Of a DNA stretch of 64,000 nucleotides, positions 27,569 to 36,953 are shown one piece after another (within the stretch, counting starts at the first letter, position 1; each line of letters starts with the position of its first letter). Position numbers and translations under genes: made by a program. This DNA is from Candidatus Eiseniibacteriota bacterium (lineage in GTDB: Bacteria; Eisenbacteria; RBG-16-71-46), in assembly GCA_963707915.1 (NCBI GenBank), contig OY970178.1, forward strand, positions 2,208,001 to 2,272,000. The letters run 5' to 3'. The notes beneath the pieces are model-generated. The model was not told the DNA's origin. It saw nothing but the letters and a program-made list of their open reading frames with translations, and made no database searches.

Positions 27569-29194
27569 ATGCCTGACTCCGCCCCACCCCGCCGCTCGCT
27601 GCTGCCGCTCATCGTCGCGCTCGCCGCGCTCCTGCTGAGCACGCTGCTCGCCAGCGCCTTCCCCCTGCTCGATCCCGCCGAGGGCCGCAACGCCGAGATC
27701 GCGCGCGAGATGGCCGTGGACGGCGACTGGCTCGTCCCCCACCTCGCGGGCATGCCGAGCCTCGACCGGCCCCCGGCGCTCGCCTGGGCGGCCGCCGCCG
27801 CCATTCGCGTCGCCGGCAACGAGCCCTGGGCCGTGCGCCTGCCCGCCGCGCTCGCCTCCGCGCTGACGCTCGCGCTCCTCACCCGCTCCGCCCAGCGCCG
27901 CGGGGGCCGGCCCTTCGCCCTGCGCGCGGCCGCGCTGCTCTACACCGCGCCGCTCTTCGCCGTGCTCTCGGCCTGCGCCGTCACCGCCGTGCCGCTCGCC
28001 CTCTGCGTCACGGCGGTCTGGCTCGGGCTCGCCGCCGAGGTCACCGGGGGCCCGAGCGCGCGGCGCCGGCTCGGGATGTTCGCCGCCGTGGCCGCCGGCC
28101 TGCTCGTGAACGGCCCGGTCATGCTCGCCTGGGCCCTGGGCGGCAGCCTCGGCGCTGCGCTGATCTGCCGCCGCCCCGCCCCGCTGCGCTGGCTCGCGTG
28201 GTGGCCCGGCTGGCTCGTGGTCCTCGGCGTCGCGGGCGGCTGGCTCGCGCTGGCGAGCGTCCGGCATCCCGGGGTCCCGGGCTACGCCTTCCTCGCGGAG
28301 CCGTCCGGGTGGCTGACCGGAGACCCGATCCGCGGCGGGCGGCCGTGGTGGCTCGCGCCGGTGGCGCTCGCGGCCGGCGCGCTGCCATGGTCGCTCGCCA
28401 CGCCCTGGTGGCGCCGGCGCGCGCCGGGAGAAGAGGGCCTGCTCTCGGCCGAGAGCCGGGTCGGGCTCGGCTTCGTGTCGTTCGCCGTCGCGTGCTTCCC
28501 GCTCTGGAGCTCGAACGCCGCCGGACTGCTCCCCGCGTTGCCGATGCTGGCGTGGACCGCGGCCGAGGCCTGGTCCGACGCGGAGCGCGCGCGCCGCGCG
28601 GCCTGGGGACTGGCCGTCGTCTTCCTCGCGATCACCCTCGCGTCCGCCTTCGCCGGCTTCGGCCCGTGGCTGGGACGCGCCGGAGCGCCCTTCGATTCGG
28701 CCGCCACCAGCGCGAAGATCATCGCCGCCTGTTTCGCCTACGTCGCGCTGCGTTCGGCCGCCGCGGCCCTCGGCCGGCCCGACCGGGCGTTCATCGGCAT
28801 CCTGCTCTTCACGCCGGTCGTGCTGTTCGCCGCCGGCGAGCCGCTGCTGCGCTACGCCGAGACGCGGTCGGGCGAGCCGCTGGCCCGCGCCATCGCCACC
28901 ATCGCGCCCGGCGGGTTCGTGCGCTACGAGGCCTGCTACAGCCCGGGTGCCGATTTCCGGCTGGGGCGGCGCTCGGCGCTGCTCAGCGCGCTCGGCGTCG
29001 AGACCACGAGCGCCTACCAGGCCCGCCACCGTGCCGCGCTGCTCGCCCGCGGGCTGTGGACGCCGCTCACCGCGGTCCCGGACTCCGACCGGGTGGACGT
29101 CGTCGTGCGTCCGGCGCGCGGGGCCCTGCCGCCCCCGGAAGGGTACATGGAGTTCTTCCGCGACGGCCGCTTCGCCGCCTACGTCCGCCGGTAG
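27569..29194 (+). CDS. ArnT/GT39-like membrane glycosyltransferase with degenerate motifs
   Basis: 'DPAEGRNAEIAREM..GDWLVPHL', 'EPWAVRLPAAL', 'RPWW...GALPWS'; many TM helices. Confidence 0.8.
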   Translation: MPDSAPPRRSLLPLIVALAALLLSTLLASAFPLLDPAEGRNAEIAREMAVDGDWLVPHLAGMPSLDRPPALAWAAAAAIRVAGNEPWAVRLPAALASALTLALLTRSAQRRGGRPFALRAAALLYTAPLFAVLSACAVTAVPLALCVTAVWLGLAAEVTGGPSARRRLGMFAAVAAGLLVNGPVMLAWALGGSLGAALICRRPAPLRWLAWWPGWLVVLGVAGGWLALASVRHPGVPGYAFLAEPSGWLTGDPIRGGRPWWLAPVALAAGALPWSLATPWWRRRAPGEEGLLSAESRVGLGFVSFAVACFPLWSSNAAGLLPALPMLAWTAAEAWSDAERARRAAWGLAVVFLAITLASAFAGFGPWLGRAGAPFDSAATSAKIIAACFAYVALRSAAAALGRPDRAFIGILLFTPVVLFAAGEPLLRYAETRSGEPLARAIATIAPGGFVRYEACYSPGADFRLGRRSALLSALGVETTSAYQARHRAALLARGLWTPLTAVPDSDRVDVVVRPARGALPPPEGYMEFFRDGRFAAYVRR

Positions 29195-29218
29195 GAGAGC
29201 GCCCCGTCCTCGTCCTGC

Positions 29219-29247
29219 TTGGTGAAGGCGCGGCCGACCGCTAGAAT
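29219..29247 (+). promoter_or_regulatory. sigma70-type promoter
   Basis: TTGGTG-N17-TAGAAT. Confidence 0.55.
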
Positions 29248-29331
29248 TCAGGTCGTCCCAGCTCCCGTGCGCGGGCCCCGCCCGCGCCGCGCGCACCCAC
29301 CATCGACCTGACAGCACGGGGAGACGCCGCC

Positions 29332-31634
29332 ATGCCACGCGACCTGCCCATCGCCTCTCCGAAGCGCCGGCCCCTGCAGCTGGCGCTCGTCGTCCTGCTC
29401 GGCCTCGTGCTCGCGCCGGCCGGTCATGCCGCCGACCTGATGAGGTAGCAGCCCTACCTGGTCTACCCCGGCGACCCGACCCAGATGCAGATCCTGTGGC
29501 AGCTGACGGCCACGGCGACCTCCACGCTCGCGTGGGGCACCGACACCACCTTGCGCTGGGCAGCGTGGCGAACGACGAGTACGGCGCCGACCACCAGCAC
29601 GCCTGCGCGCTCTCCGGGCTGACGCCGGCCACGAAGTACCACTTCCGGGTCACCACCGACGGCGTCGCGTACCGCGGCTCGTTCACCACGGCGCCGAACT
29701 CCTGGGCGACGAAGCTCAAGTTCCTGGCCTACGGCGACACGCGCACCTACCCCGCGACCCACAACCAGGTCGCGGGCGCCATGCTCTCCACCATCGCCGA
29801 CGACCCGGCCTTCCAGTCGCTGTCCCTCTTCATGGGCGACTACGTGACCAGCGGGACCGTCGAGTCGGTCTGGACCACCGAGTTCTTCGACCCCGCGCTG
29901 ACGAACGTCCGGCAGTTGATGGCGAGCCTCCCCCTGCAGGGCACCATGGGGAACCACGAGGGGACCGGCACCCTGTTCGTGAAGTACTTCCCCTTCCCCT
30001 TCGTCGCGGGGCGCTACTGGTCGTTCGACTACGGTCCCATCCACGTCACGGTGGTGGACCAGTACACCAGCTACGCCCCGGGCTCGGCGCAGCTGCAGTG
30101 GATCGCCGACGACCTCGCCCGCACCAACAAGACCTGGAAGTTCATCCTGCTGCACGAGCCGGGCTGGTCCGGCGGCGGTGGCCACCCGAACAACACGCTG
30201 GTGCAGGCCTACCTGCAGCCGCTCTGCCTGCAGTACGGCGTGTCGATCGTGTTCGGCGGCCACAATCACTTCTACGCCCGGGCGGTCGTCAACGGCGTGC
30301 AGCACCTCACGCTGGGCGGCGGCGGCGCCCCGCTCGAGACCCCGGACATCTTCATGCCGTACCTGGTGGCCAGCGCGCGGGCGAATCACCACGCCACCCT
30401 CGCCATCGACGGGGACACGCTCCGGTTCAAGGCGTTCAACACGGCCAACGGCGCGGCGCTCGATTCCTTCACGCTCCTGAGGCCGTCCGTGGCCCCCGAC
30501 AGCACCTTCCCCGCGGTCACCCTGTCCTCGCCCGCCGGCGGCGAGACCTGGAAGGCCGGCTCCGTGCACCCGGTCACCTGGAGCGCGTCCGACGACGTCG
30601 GCGTCGCCGCGGTGGACCTGGCCGGCTCGACGGACGGCGGCGCCAGCTTCCCGGTCGTGATCGCCCGCGGGCTCGCGAACTCGGGCTCCTACGCCTGGAC
30701 CGTGCCCAACAACGTCTCGGCCACGGTGCGGGTCCGCATCACGGTGCGCGACTCGACCGGCAACATCAGCCGGGACGCCAGCGCGGGCGACTTCGCCATC
30801 GACAACTGGATCGTCCACGCGACCGCCGGGCCGAACGGCAGCATCGTCCCGGGCGGCGACGTGCCGGTCGTCGAGGGCGCGACCCAGCGGCTCTCCATCC
30901 GCCCGGTCGCCGGCTACCGCGTGGCCGCGCTCACCGTGGACGGCAGCCCGGTGTCCGCCGACACGAGCTGGACGTTCACCGCCGTCGCGGCGCACCACAC
31001 CATCGCCGCGACGTTCGCCGACGCCGCGCTCCCCGCGGTGCACGTGGTCTCACCCAACGGGCGCGAGCTGTGGACCCAGGGCACGTCCCACACCATCACG
31101 TGGGTGGCTACCGACAACGCCGCGGTCAGCCGGGTGGACGTGGACTACTCGCTCGCCGGCCCGGACGGGCCCTGGCTGCCGGTGGGCCACGACGTCCCCA
31201 ACTCGGGCTCGCTGGCCTGGACCCTGCCGATGCAGCGCTCGGACAGCGCGCTGGTCCGGGTGACGGCCTGGGATCCCACCGGGAACGCCGGGAGCGACGC
31301 GAGCGACAGCCTGTTCTACGTCTACGACCCCAACGCGTCCGTGGACGGCCGCGGAGCGGTCAGCCTCTTCCTCTCCCGCCCGATCCCCGATCCGAGCGTC
31401 GGGAGCGCCTTGTTGCGCTTCGGCCTGCCCGCTGCGGGACGCGTGCGCCTCGAGATCCTCGACCTCGCCGGCCGGCGCGTCTGGCGCACCGAGGGCGACC
31501 TGCCCGCCGGCGAGCACGCGTGGCGCTGGAACGGCGAGACCGACCCGGGCGGACGCGCGGGGACCGGGCTCTACTTCATCCGCCTGGTCACGCCCTGGGG
31601 CACGCGAACCGACAGGCTGGTGCGGCTGCGGTAG
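29332..31634 (+). pseudogene. Secreted purple acid phosphatase-like metallophosphoesterase with Ig-like repeats and FlgD-Ig C-terminal domain; 5' end interrupted
   Basis: ATG 29332 (GGGGAGA upstream) gives a signal peptide, then LMR-TAG(29446)-QPYLVYPG..., and a 1-nt frameshift near 29551 into ORF 29496-31634; motifs 'AYGDTR', 'MGDYV', 'GNHE', 'GHNH'. Confidence 0.75.
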
Positions 31635-31701
31635 CGCGCCCCCCGCGCCGGACCACGGATTCCCGGCGTCCTTCGCGGTCACCGGGGACCCGGAAAGTCC
31701 G

Positions 31702-31730
31702 CCAAAGGCGCGGGCCGGAAGTGCCGATAA
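31702..31730 (+). promoter_or_regulatory. sigma28 (FliA/WhiG)-like promoter for tadE-tadE-tadG
   Basis: CAAAG-N15-GCCGATAA followed by GGAGGAGG RBS. Confidence 0.6.
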
Positions 31731-31746
31731 CGGGCCCGGAGGAGGC

Positions 31747-32241
31747 ATGACCATGGCCCGGAAGACGTTGCGTGGCGGGAAGGGCGCGACCCTCGTGGAG
31801 TTCGCGATGGTCTTCCCCATGCTGATGGTGCTGATCTTCGCCATCATGGACTTCGGCATGTACTTCTTCGTCCAGCACAGCCTCCAGTTCGCCACCCGCG
31901 AGGGAGTCCGGCTCGCGCTCGTCGGCCGGACCATCAACGACGCCTCGGGCAACCCGATGACCCGCGAGGGCTCGATCGTCCAGACCATCCGGAACAAGGC
32001 CTCGGTGGCCGTCCGGCCGGCCGACGTGACGGTCAGCATCTATCCCGTGGACAACACCTTCGCCGACCCGTCGGGCTGGCAGACCACGCAGAACGCGGGG
32101 CTGCCGGGCAGCTACATGCGGGTGAAGACCCGCTACACCTACCAACTCGTCACCCCGTTCGCGCTGGTGGGCTTCCTCGTGCCCAACCGGCTGCGGGTGA
32201 TCGAGGTGCAGGCCACCTACAAGAACGAGCTCTTCAACTAG
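31747..32241 (+). CDS. tadE: TadE-family pseudopilin
   Basis: Prepilin site 'KG/ATLVEFAMVFP', 'MDFG', 'ATREGVR'. Confidence 0.9.
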   Translation: MTMARKTLRGGKGATLVEFAMVFPMLMVLIFAIMDFGMYFFVQHSLQFATREGVRLALVGRTINDASGNPMTREGSIVQTIRNKASVAVRPADVTVSIYPVDNTFADPSGWQTTQNAGLPGSYMRVKTRYTYQLVTPFALVGFLVPNRLRVIEVQATYKNELFN

Positions 32242-32281
32242 CGGCGGGCAGGCCCACCGCTCCCGCTCGACAGGACGTGAC

Positions 32282-32884
32282 ATGATCGGCGTCGATCAGC
32301 GGTCCAGCCTCACGCGAGGCCCGTTCGCCGGGCGGAACCGGGGACGGGGCACCGCGCTCATCGAGTTCGCCCTCGTCCTGCCGATCCTCATCATCCTGCT
32401 CCTGGTCACGGTGGACTTCGGCCGGCTGATCCAGACCCGGCTGATCATCAGCAACGTGAGCCGCGAGGGCGGGAGCCTCGCCGCGCGGCAGACGACGGTG
32501 GACACCAGCCTGGTCACGGTGCTCAAGGAGTCCGGCAAGCCGCTCAACCTGATCGGCGCGGACGGGAAGATCGTCGTGACCCGGATCAACGCGGGCGCGA
32601 GCGCGGGCGCGCCGGACCCCACGATCGCCACGCAGATCGTCCGCGGGACGCTGGCGCGGAACAGCTCGATCTCCGCGGGCGCCGCCAACCTGGGACTCGC
32701 TTCGAGCATCTACGGCCACCTGCGGTTCCGGACGGCCAACGCCACCTCGGACATCGCGGAGGTCACGGTGGTCGAGGTCTTCTACAAGTACCGGCCGATC
32801 ACGCCGTTCCCGAGGGGATTCGGCGGCGGCATGCTCACGCCCGACACGGACGGCATGATCGTCTGGAGCCGGGCCATCTTCTAG
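32282..32884 (+). CDS. tadE: TadE/TadF-family pseudopilin
   Basis: 'RG/TALIEFALVLP', 'VDFGR', 'SREG'. Confidence 0.9.
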   Translation: MIGVDQRSSLTRGPFAGRNRGRGTALIEFALVLPILIILLLVTVDFGRLIQTRLIISNVSREGGSLAARQTTVDTSLVTVLKESGKPLNLIGADGKIVVTRINAGASAGAPDPTIATQIVRGTLARNSSISAGAANLGLASSIYGHLRFRTANATSDIAEVTVVEVFYKYRPITPFPRGFGGGMLTPDTDGMIVWSRAIF

Positions 32885-32953
32885 CACCGCGTGGACGCCG
32901 TCCCCCTCGACGCCGAACCCCGAAGGCGGCCACCGCCGGGAAGGAACCTGGAG

Positions 32954-34237
32954 ATGAAGAGGCACATGAAGGCAGAGGCCGGGACCGTCCTGATCGCGTT
33001 CGCCCTCTTCCTGTTCATCCTGCTCGGCTTCTGCGCCATCGGCATGGAGGCCGGCCGCTGGTTCATGGTCCGCGCCGAGCTCTCCAAGAGCGTGGACGCC
33101 GCGGCACTGGCGGCGGCCAAGAACATCTCCAACCCCTTCGTCGACCCCAGCACGCTCGCCCGGGAGTTCGCCGCGGCCAACTTCCCGAGCGGCTACCTGG
33201 GCACGCCCGCCTCGGGGGCCGGTGCGGTGACCTTCAGCGCCACGGTGATCGGCAACGACAAGGTGCAGGTGGACGGCAACGTGAGCGCCACCGCCATCCT
33301 GGCCCGGCTCTTCGGCGTGAACCTGGTGCCGACCGCCAGCCGCGGGGTCGGCCAGAAGAAGGAAGTCGAGATCATGCTGGTGCTGGACCGCTCGGGCTCG
33401 ATGGCCGGCACCCCCATCTCGGACCTGAAGAACGCGGCCCGGACGTTCGTGGACTACTTCGCGGCCACCCAGGACAAGGACAAGATGGGCATGATCAGCT
33501 TCTCGACCGCGGTGACGCTCGACCGACCGCTGGGCACGAACTACGTCACCGCCATGAGGACGGCGATCACCGCGATGAACGCCGCCAACTACACCAACAC
33601 CGAGGACGCCATCGACCAGGCCGACGGGCCCGGGGGCTTCACGGACCAGACCGGCGTCCCCGGCGACCAGCGCATCCAGCAGTTCCTGATCTTCTTCTCG
33701 GACGGCCAGCCCACCGCCTTCCGCGGATCGTTCGGGTACCAGGGCAGGATCTACGACGCCGTCGCCATCGGTTCGACCACGGGCGGCGGCGACTGCGATC
33801 CCAGCACCTACCCGGGCACAGGGAACCTCTACAACCCCGTCACCGCGGCAACCCTCGCGGTCCCGACCCGGCCGACCGGGGACGGCACGACGACCCGGAT
33901 CCGCTGCACCAGCAACGGGACGCTCCAGTACACGACGCGCTGGTACGTCTTCGACACCATGCCCGTCTCCGGCTACGCGGCCACGGCGAACTGCATCCCG
34001 AGCGGCCCGCTCGGCGGCCAGTTCTGCACCATCACCAACCAGCTCGCCCTCAACCACGCGGCCGAGCTGAAGGCCAGGAACATCGTCATCTACGCGATCG
34101 GGCTGGGCAACATCGACGCCCCGTTCATGCAGGCGATCGCGAACCCCAACCTCTACTACCGCGCGCCCACCTCCGCCCAGCTGCAGGCAATCTTCCAGCG
34201 GGTCGCGCAGGAGATCAAGCTCCGCCTGGTGCAGTAG
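32954..34237 (+). CDS. tadG: TadG-like pilin with vWA domain (putative tip adhesin)
   Basis: '[10 protein letters not shown]', '[13 protein letters not shown]', MIDAS 'LDRSGSM', 'FSDGQP', 'IYAIGLG'. Confidence 0.85.
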   Translation: MKRHMKAEAGTVLIAFALFLFILLGFCAIGMEAGRWFMVRAELSKSVDAAALAAAKNISNPFVDPSTLAREFAAANFPSGYLGTPASGAGAVTFSATVIGNDKVQVDGNVSATAILARLFGVNLVPTASRGVGQKKEVEIMLVLDRSGSMAGTPISDLKNAARTFVDYFAATQDKDKMGMISFSTAVTLDRPLGTNYVTAMRTAITAMNAANYTNTEDAIDQADGPGGFTDQTGVPGDQRIQQFLIFFSDGQPTAFRGSFGYQGRIYDAVAIGSTTGGGDCDPSTYPGTGNLYNPVTAATLAVPTRPTGDGTTTRIRCTSNGTLQYTTRWYVFDTMPVSGYAATANCIPSGPLGGQFCTITNQLALNHAAELKARNIVIYAIGLGNIDAPFMQAIANPNLYYRAPTSAQLQAIFQRVAQEIKLRLVQ

Positions 34238-34254
34238 CCCGGGCGCTCCCCCGC

Positions 34255-34290
34255 GAGCCCCCGCCCGCCCTCCGGGGCCGGCGGGGGCTC
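34255..34290 (+). terminator. GC-rich hairpin after tadG
   Basis: gagcccccgcc...ggcgggggctc followed by cttcgt (weak U tail). Confidence 0.55.
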
Positions 34291-34382
34291 CTTCGTGCCC
34301 CGCCCGGACCGGCTGGCCCCGTCGCGCCACCCGCGCTATCGTGCGGCCGCGACGTCACCCGCCACCGGACACCGGGGATCCC

Positions 34383-35495
34383 ATGAGCGAGCCGAAGCAG
34401 CAGCGCCATCTCTCGGGCCCGCGCATCGAGCCGCCCGCCATCACGGGCCGCGAGAGCGTGGCCGAGCTCATCGACCAGGCCTTCCTCGCCTACAACGCGG
34501 CCCGCCTGCGCGAAGGCGCCCGGTTGCTGACCGAGCGCATGCTCGACCCCGACGTCACCGTCGGGCTCTCGGTCTCCGGGGCACTCACCCCCGCCGGGCT
34601 GGGCATGAGCGCGCTGATCCCGCTGTTGCGGGCCGGCTTCGTGGACTGGGTCGTCTCGACCGGCGCGAACCTGTACCACGACACCCACTTCGGCCTCGGC
34701 CTGCCGCTGCACCGTGGCACCTTCCAGGTGGACGACGTCGAGCTGCACGACGAGGGCGTGGTGCGCATCTACGACATCTTCTTCGACTACCGCGTGCTGC
34801 TCGACACCGACGCGTTCTTCCGCGAGGTCATCGCCGGGCCGGAGTTCCAGCGCACGATGAGCACGGCCGAGTTCCACTTCCTGTGCGGGAAGTACATCCG
34901 CGCCCGCGAGCAGGCCCTGGGGCTCACCAGCCGCTCGCTGCTCGCCGTGGCCTGGGAGTGCGGCGTGCCGGTCTACACCTCCTCGCCGGGCGACTCCTCG
35001 ATCGGCATGAACGTGGCGGCCCGGGCGCTCGAGGGCAACCGCCTCGTGCTCGACGTCAGCGCCGACGTCAACGAGACCGCGGCCATCGTCTGGACTGCGA
35101 AGCGGACGGGCGGCAGGAGCGCGGTGTGGATCCTCGGCGGCGGGAGCCCCAAGAACTTCGTGCTCCAGACCGAGCCGCAGCTGCAGGAGGTGCTGGGCAT
35201 CAGCGAGAAGGGCCACGACTACTTCCTCGCCGTGACCGATGCGCGGCCCGACACCGGCGGGCTCTCGGGGGCGACGCCCTCGGAGGCGGTCTCGTGGGGC
35301 AAGATCGACCCCGACCAGCTCCCCGGCACGGTGATCTGCTACGCCGACTCCACCATCGGGCTGCCGCTGCTCACGGCGTACGCGCTGGCGAAGCACGCGC
35401 CGCGCCCGCTGCGGCGGCTCTACGACCGCCGCGCGGAGATGATGGAGGCGTTCCGGCACGCCTACTTCACCGAGGGGCGCGGGAAGCCGGAGTAG
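34383..35495 (+). CDS. Deoxyhypusine synthase-like protein (homospermidine biosynthesis type)
   Basis: '[10 protein letters not shown]', 'STGANLYHD', 'DSSIG', 'GGGSPKN', '[16 protein letters not shown]'. Confidence 0.9.
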   Translation: MSEPKQQRHLSGPRIEPPAITGRESVAELIDQAFLAYNAARLREGARLLTERMLDPDVTVGLSVSGALTPAGLGMSALIPLLRAGFVDWVVSTGANLYHDTHFGLGLPLHRGTFQVDDVELHDEGVVRIYDIFFDYRVLLDTDAFFREVIAGPEFQRTMSTAEFHFLCGKYIRAREQALGLTSRSLLAVAWECGVPVYTSSPGDSSIGMNVAARALEGNRLVLDVSADVNETAAIVWTAKRTGGRSAVWILGGGSPKNFVLQTEPQLQEVLGISEKGHDYFLAVTDARPDTGGLSGATPSEAVSWGKIDPDQLPGTVICYADSTIGLPLLTAYALAKHAPRPLRRLYDRRAEMMEAFRHAYFTEGRGKPE

Positions 35496-35526
35496 CCGTC
35501 CAGCATCGAGGCCGGGGAGCGAACCG

Positions 35527-36555
35527 ATGAGAGCGATCGTCTTCGAGCGTCACGGCGGGCCGGAGGTGCTCGAGTCGCGCGAGGTGCCCGAGCCGGCGAT
35601 CCGCCCCGACGAGGTGCGCGTCGAGGTGAAGGCGTGCGGCATCAACCACCTCGACCTGTGGGTACGGCGCGGACTGCCCGGGCTGGCCGTCGAGATGCCG
35701 CACGTCCTGGGCAACGACGTCGCCGGCGTGGCCGCCGAGGTGGGCGCCGCGGTGCGGCACGTGAAGCCCGGCGACCGGCTGCTGGTGCTGCCCACCCTCT
35801 CCTGCGGCGTCTGCCCCGCGTGCCTGGCGGGCGACGACCACCTGTGCCGCCACCACGACGTGCTCGGGCGCCGGCGCAACGGCGGCTACGCGGAGCAGGT
35901 GGCGGTGCCCGGCGCGAACTGCCTGCCCTGCCCGGAAGGACTGAGCTGGGAGCGGGCCGCAGCGGTGCCGCTGGTCTTCCTCACCGCCTGGCACATGCTG
36001 GTCGGCCGCGCCCGGGTGCGGCCGGGCGAGGACGTGCTGGTGGTCGGCGCGAGCGGCGGCGTGGGCAGCGCCGCGGTGCAGGTCGCGAAGCTCCACGGCG
36101 CGCGGGTCATCGCCACCGCGGGCAGCGCGGAGCGCGCCGCGCGCGCGCGGGAGCTGGGGGCGGACGAGGCCATCGACCACTCGAGCGAGGACGTCGCGGC
36201 GCGCGTCCGCGCGCTCACCGGGGGGAAGGGCGTCGAGGTCGTGGTCGAGCACGTCGGCGGACGGATGTTCGAGCAGGCGGTCGCGGCGCTCGCGCGCGAC
36301 GGACGGCTCGTCACCTGCGGCGCCACCACCGGGCCGCAGGCCGCGCTCGATCTCAACCTGCTCTTCGGCCGCCACCTCTCGCTGCTGGGCTCGTGGATGG
36401 GCCGGCGCGGGGAGCTGGCCGAGGTGCTGAAGCACGTGCGCGCCGGCCGGCTGCGGCCGGTGGTGGACACGGTCCTCCCGCTCGCCGAGGCGCGCCGCGC
36501 CCACGAGCGCATCGAGGCGCGACAGATGTTCGGGAAGGTGGTGCTGGTCCCGTGA
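35527..36555 (+). CDS. Zinc-binding (MDR) alcohol dehydrogenase-like protein
   Basis: 'INHLDLW', 'CGVCPAC.AG..HLC', 'GASGGVG', 'FGKVVL'. Confidence 0.9.
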   Translation: MRAIVFERHGGPEVLESREVPEPAIRPDEVRVEVKACGINHLDLWVRRGLPGLAVEMPHVLGNDVAGVAAEVGAAVRHVKPGDRLLVLPTLSCGVCPACLAGDDHLCRHHDVLGRRRNGGYAEQVAVPGANCLPCPEGLSWERAAAVPLVFLTAWHMLVGRARVRPGEDVLVVGASGGVGSAAVQVAKLHGARVIATAGSAERAARARELGADEAIDHSSEDVAARVRALTGGKGVEVVVEHVGGRMFEQAVAALARDGRLVTCGATTGPQAALDLNLLFGRHLSLLGSWMGRRGELAEVLKHVRAGRLRPVVDTVLPLAEARRAHERIEARQMFGKVVLVP

Positions 36556-36581
36556 GCCGCCACCGCCGGCGCGGTCCCTTG

Positions 36582-36953
36582 ATGCAACTCGAGCGCGGGC
36601 ACGAGCCCCTGCTGCCCTACTCCGCCTTCCTGTTGCGGCTCGCCCGGAGCGTGCTGGCCGGGGTCCTGATCATCCTCGGCTCGCTCGCGATCGGGGTGGT
36701 CGGCTACCGCTGGACCGGGCACCTCAGCTGGGTCGACTCGCTCTACAACGCCTCGATGATTCTGGGCGGCATGGGGCCGGTGGACGACCGCGGGCTCGGC
36801 ATCCCGATCGCCGAGAAGTGGTTCGCCTCGGCCTACGCGCTGTTCGCGGGAATGGCGCTGCTGGTCATCGTCGGCGTGATGTTCGCGCCGCTGTTCCACC
36901 GCTTCCTGCACCACTTCCACCTGGTCGAGGACGAGGAGAAGCCGGCGCGATGA
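36582..36953 (+). CDS. Small 2-TM protein with ion-channel pore-like segment
   Basis: TM-'WVDSLYNASMILGGMGPV'-TM; His-rich tail 'HRFLHHFH'; stop overlaps the glcF ATG. Confidence 0.7.
   Translation: MQLERGHEPLLPYSAFLLRLARSVLAGVLIILGSLAIGVVGYRWTGHLSWVDSLYNASMILGGMGPVDDRGLGIPIAEKWFASAYALFAGMALLVIVGVMFAPLFHRFLHHFHLVEDEEKPAR

Noticed and set aside
29446..29448. In-frame TAG as pyrrolysine or stop-codon reassignment
   Set aside because: TAG ends many genes here (e.g. 8519, 27496, 31634), a frameshift follows 100 nt later, and no pyl genes are seen
26393..29719. 1108-aa minus-strand ORF and many other long ORFs (e.g. 57519-61061, 32234-34330, 20352-22715)
   Set aside because: Arg/Ala/Gly/Pro-rich shadow frames of real genes, expected at this GC content; no motifs
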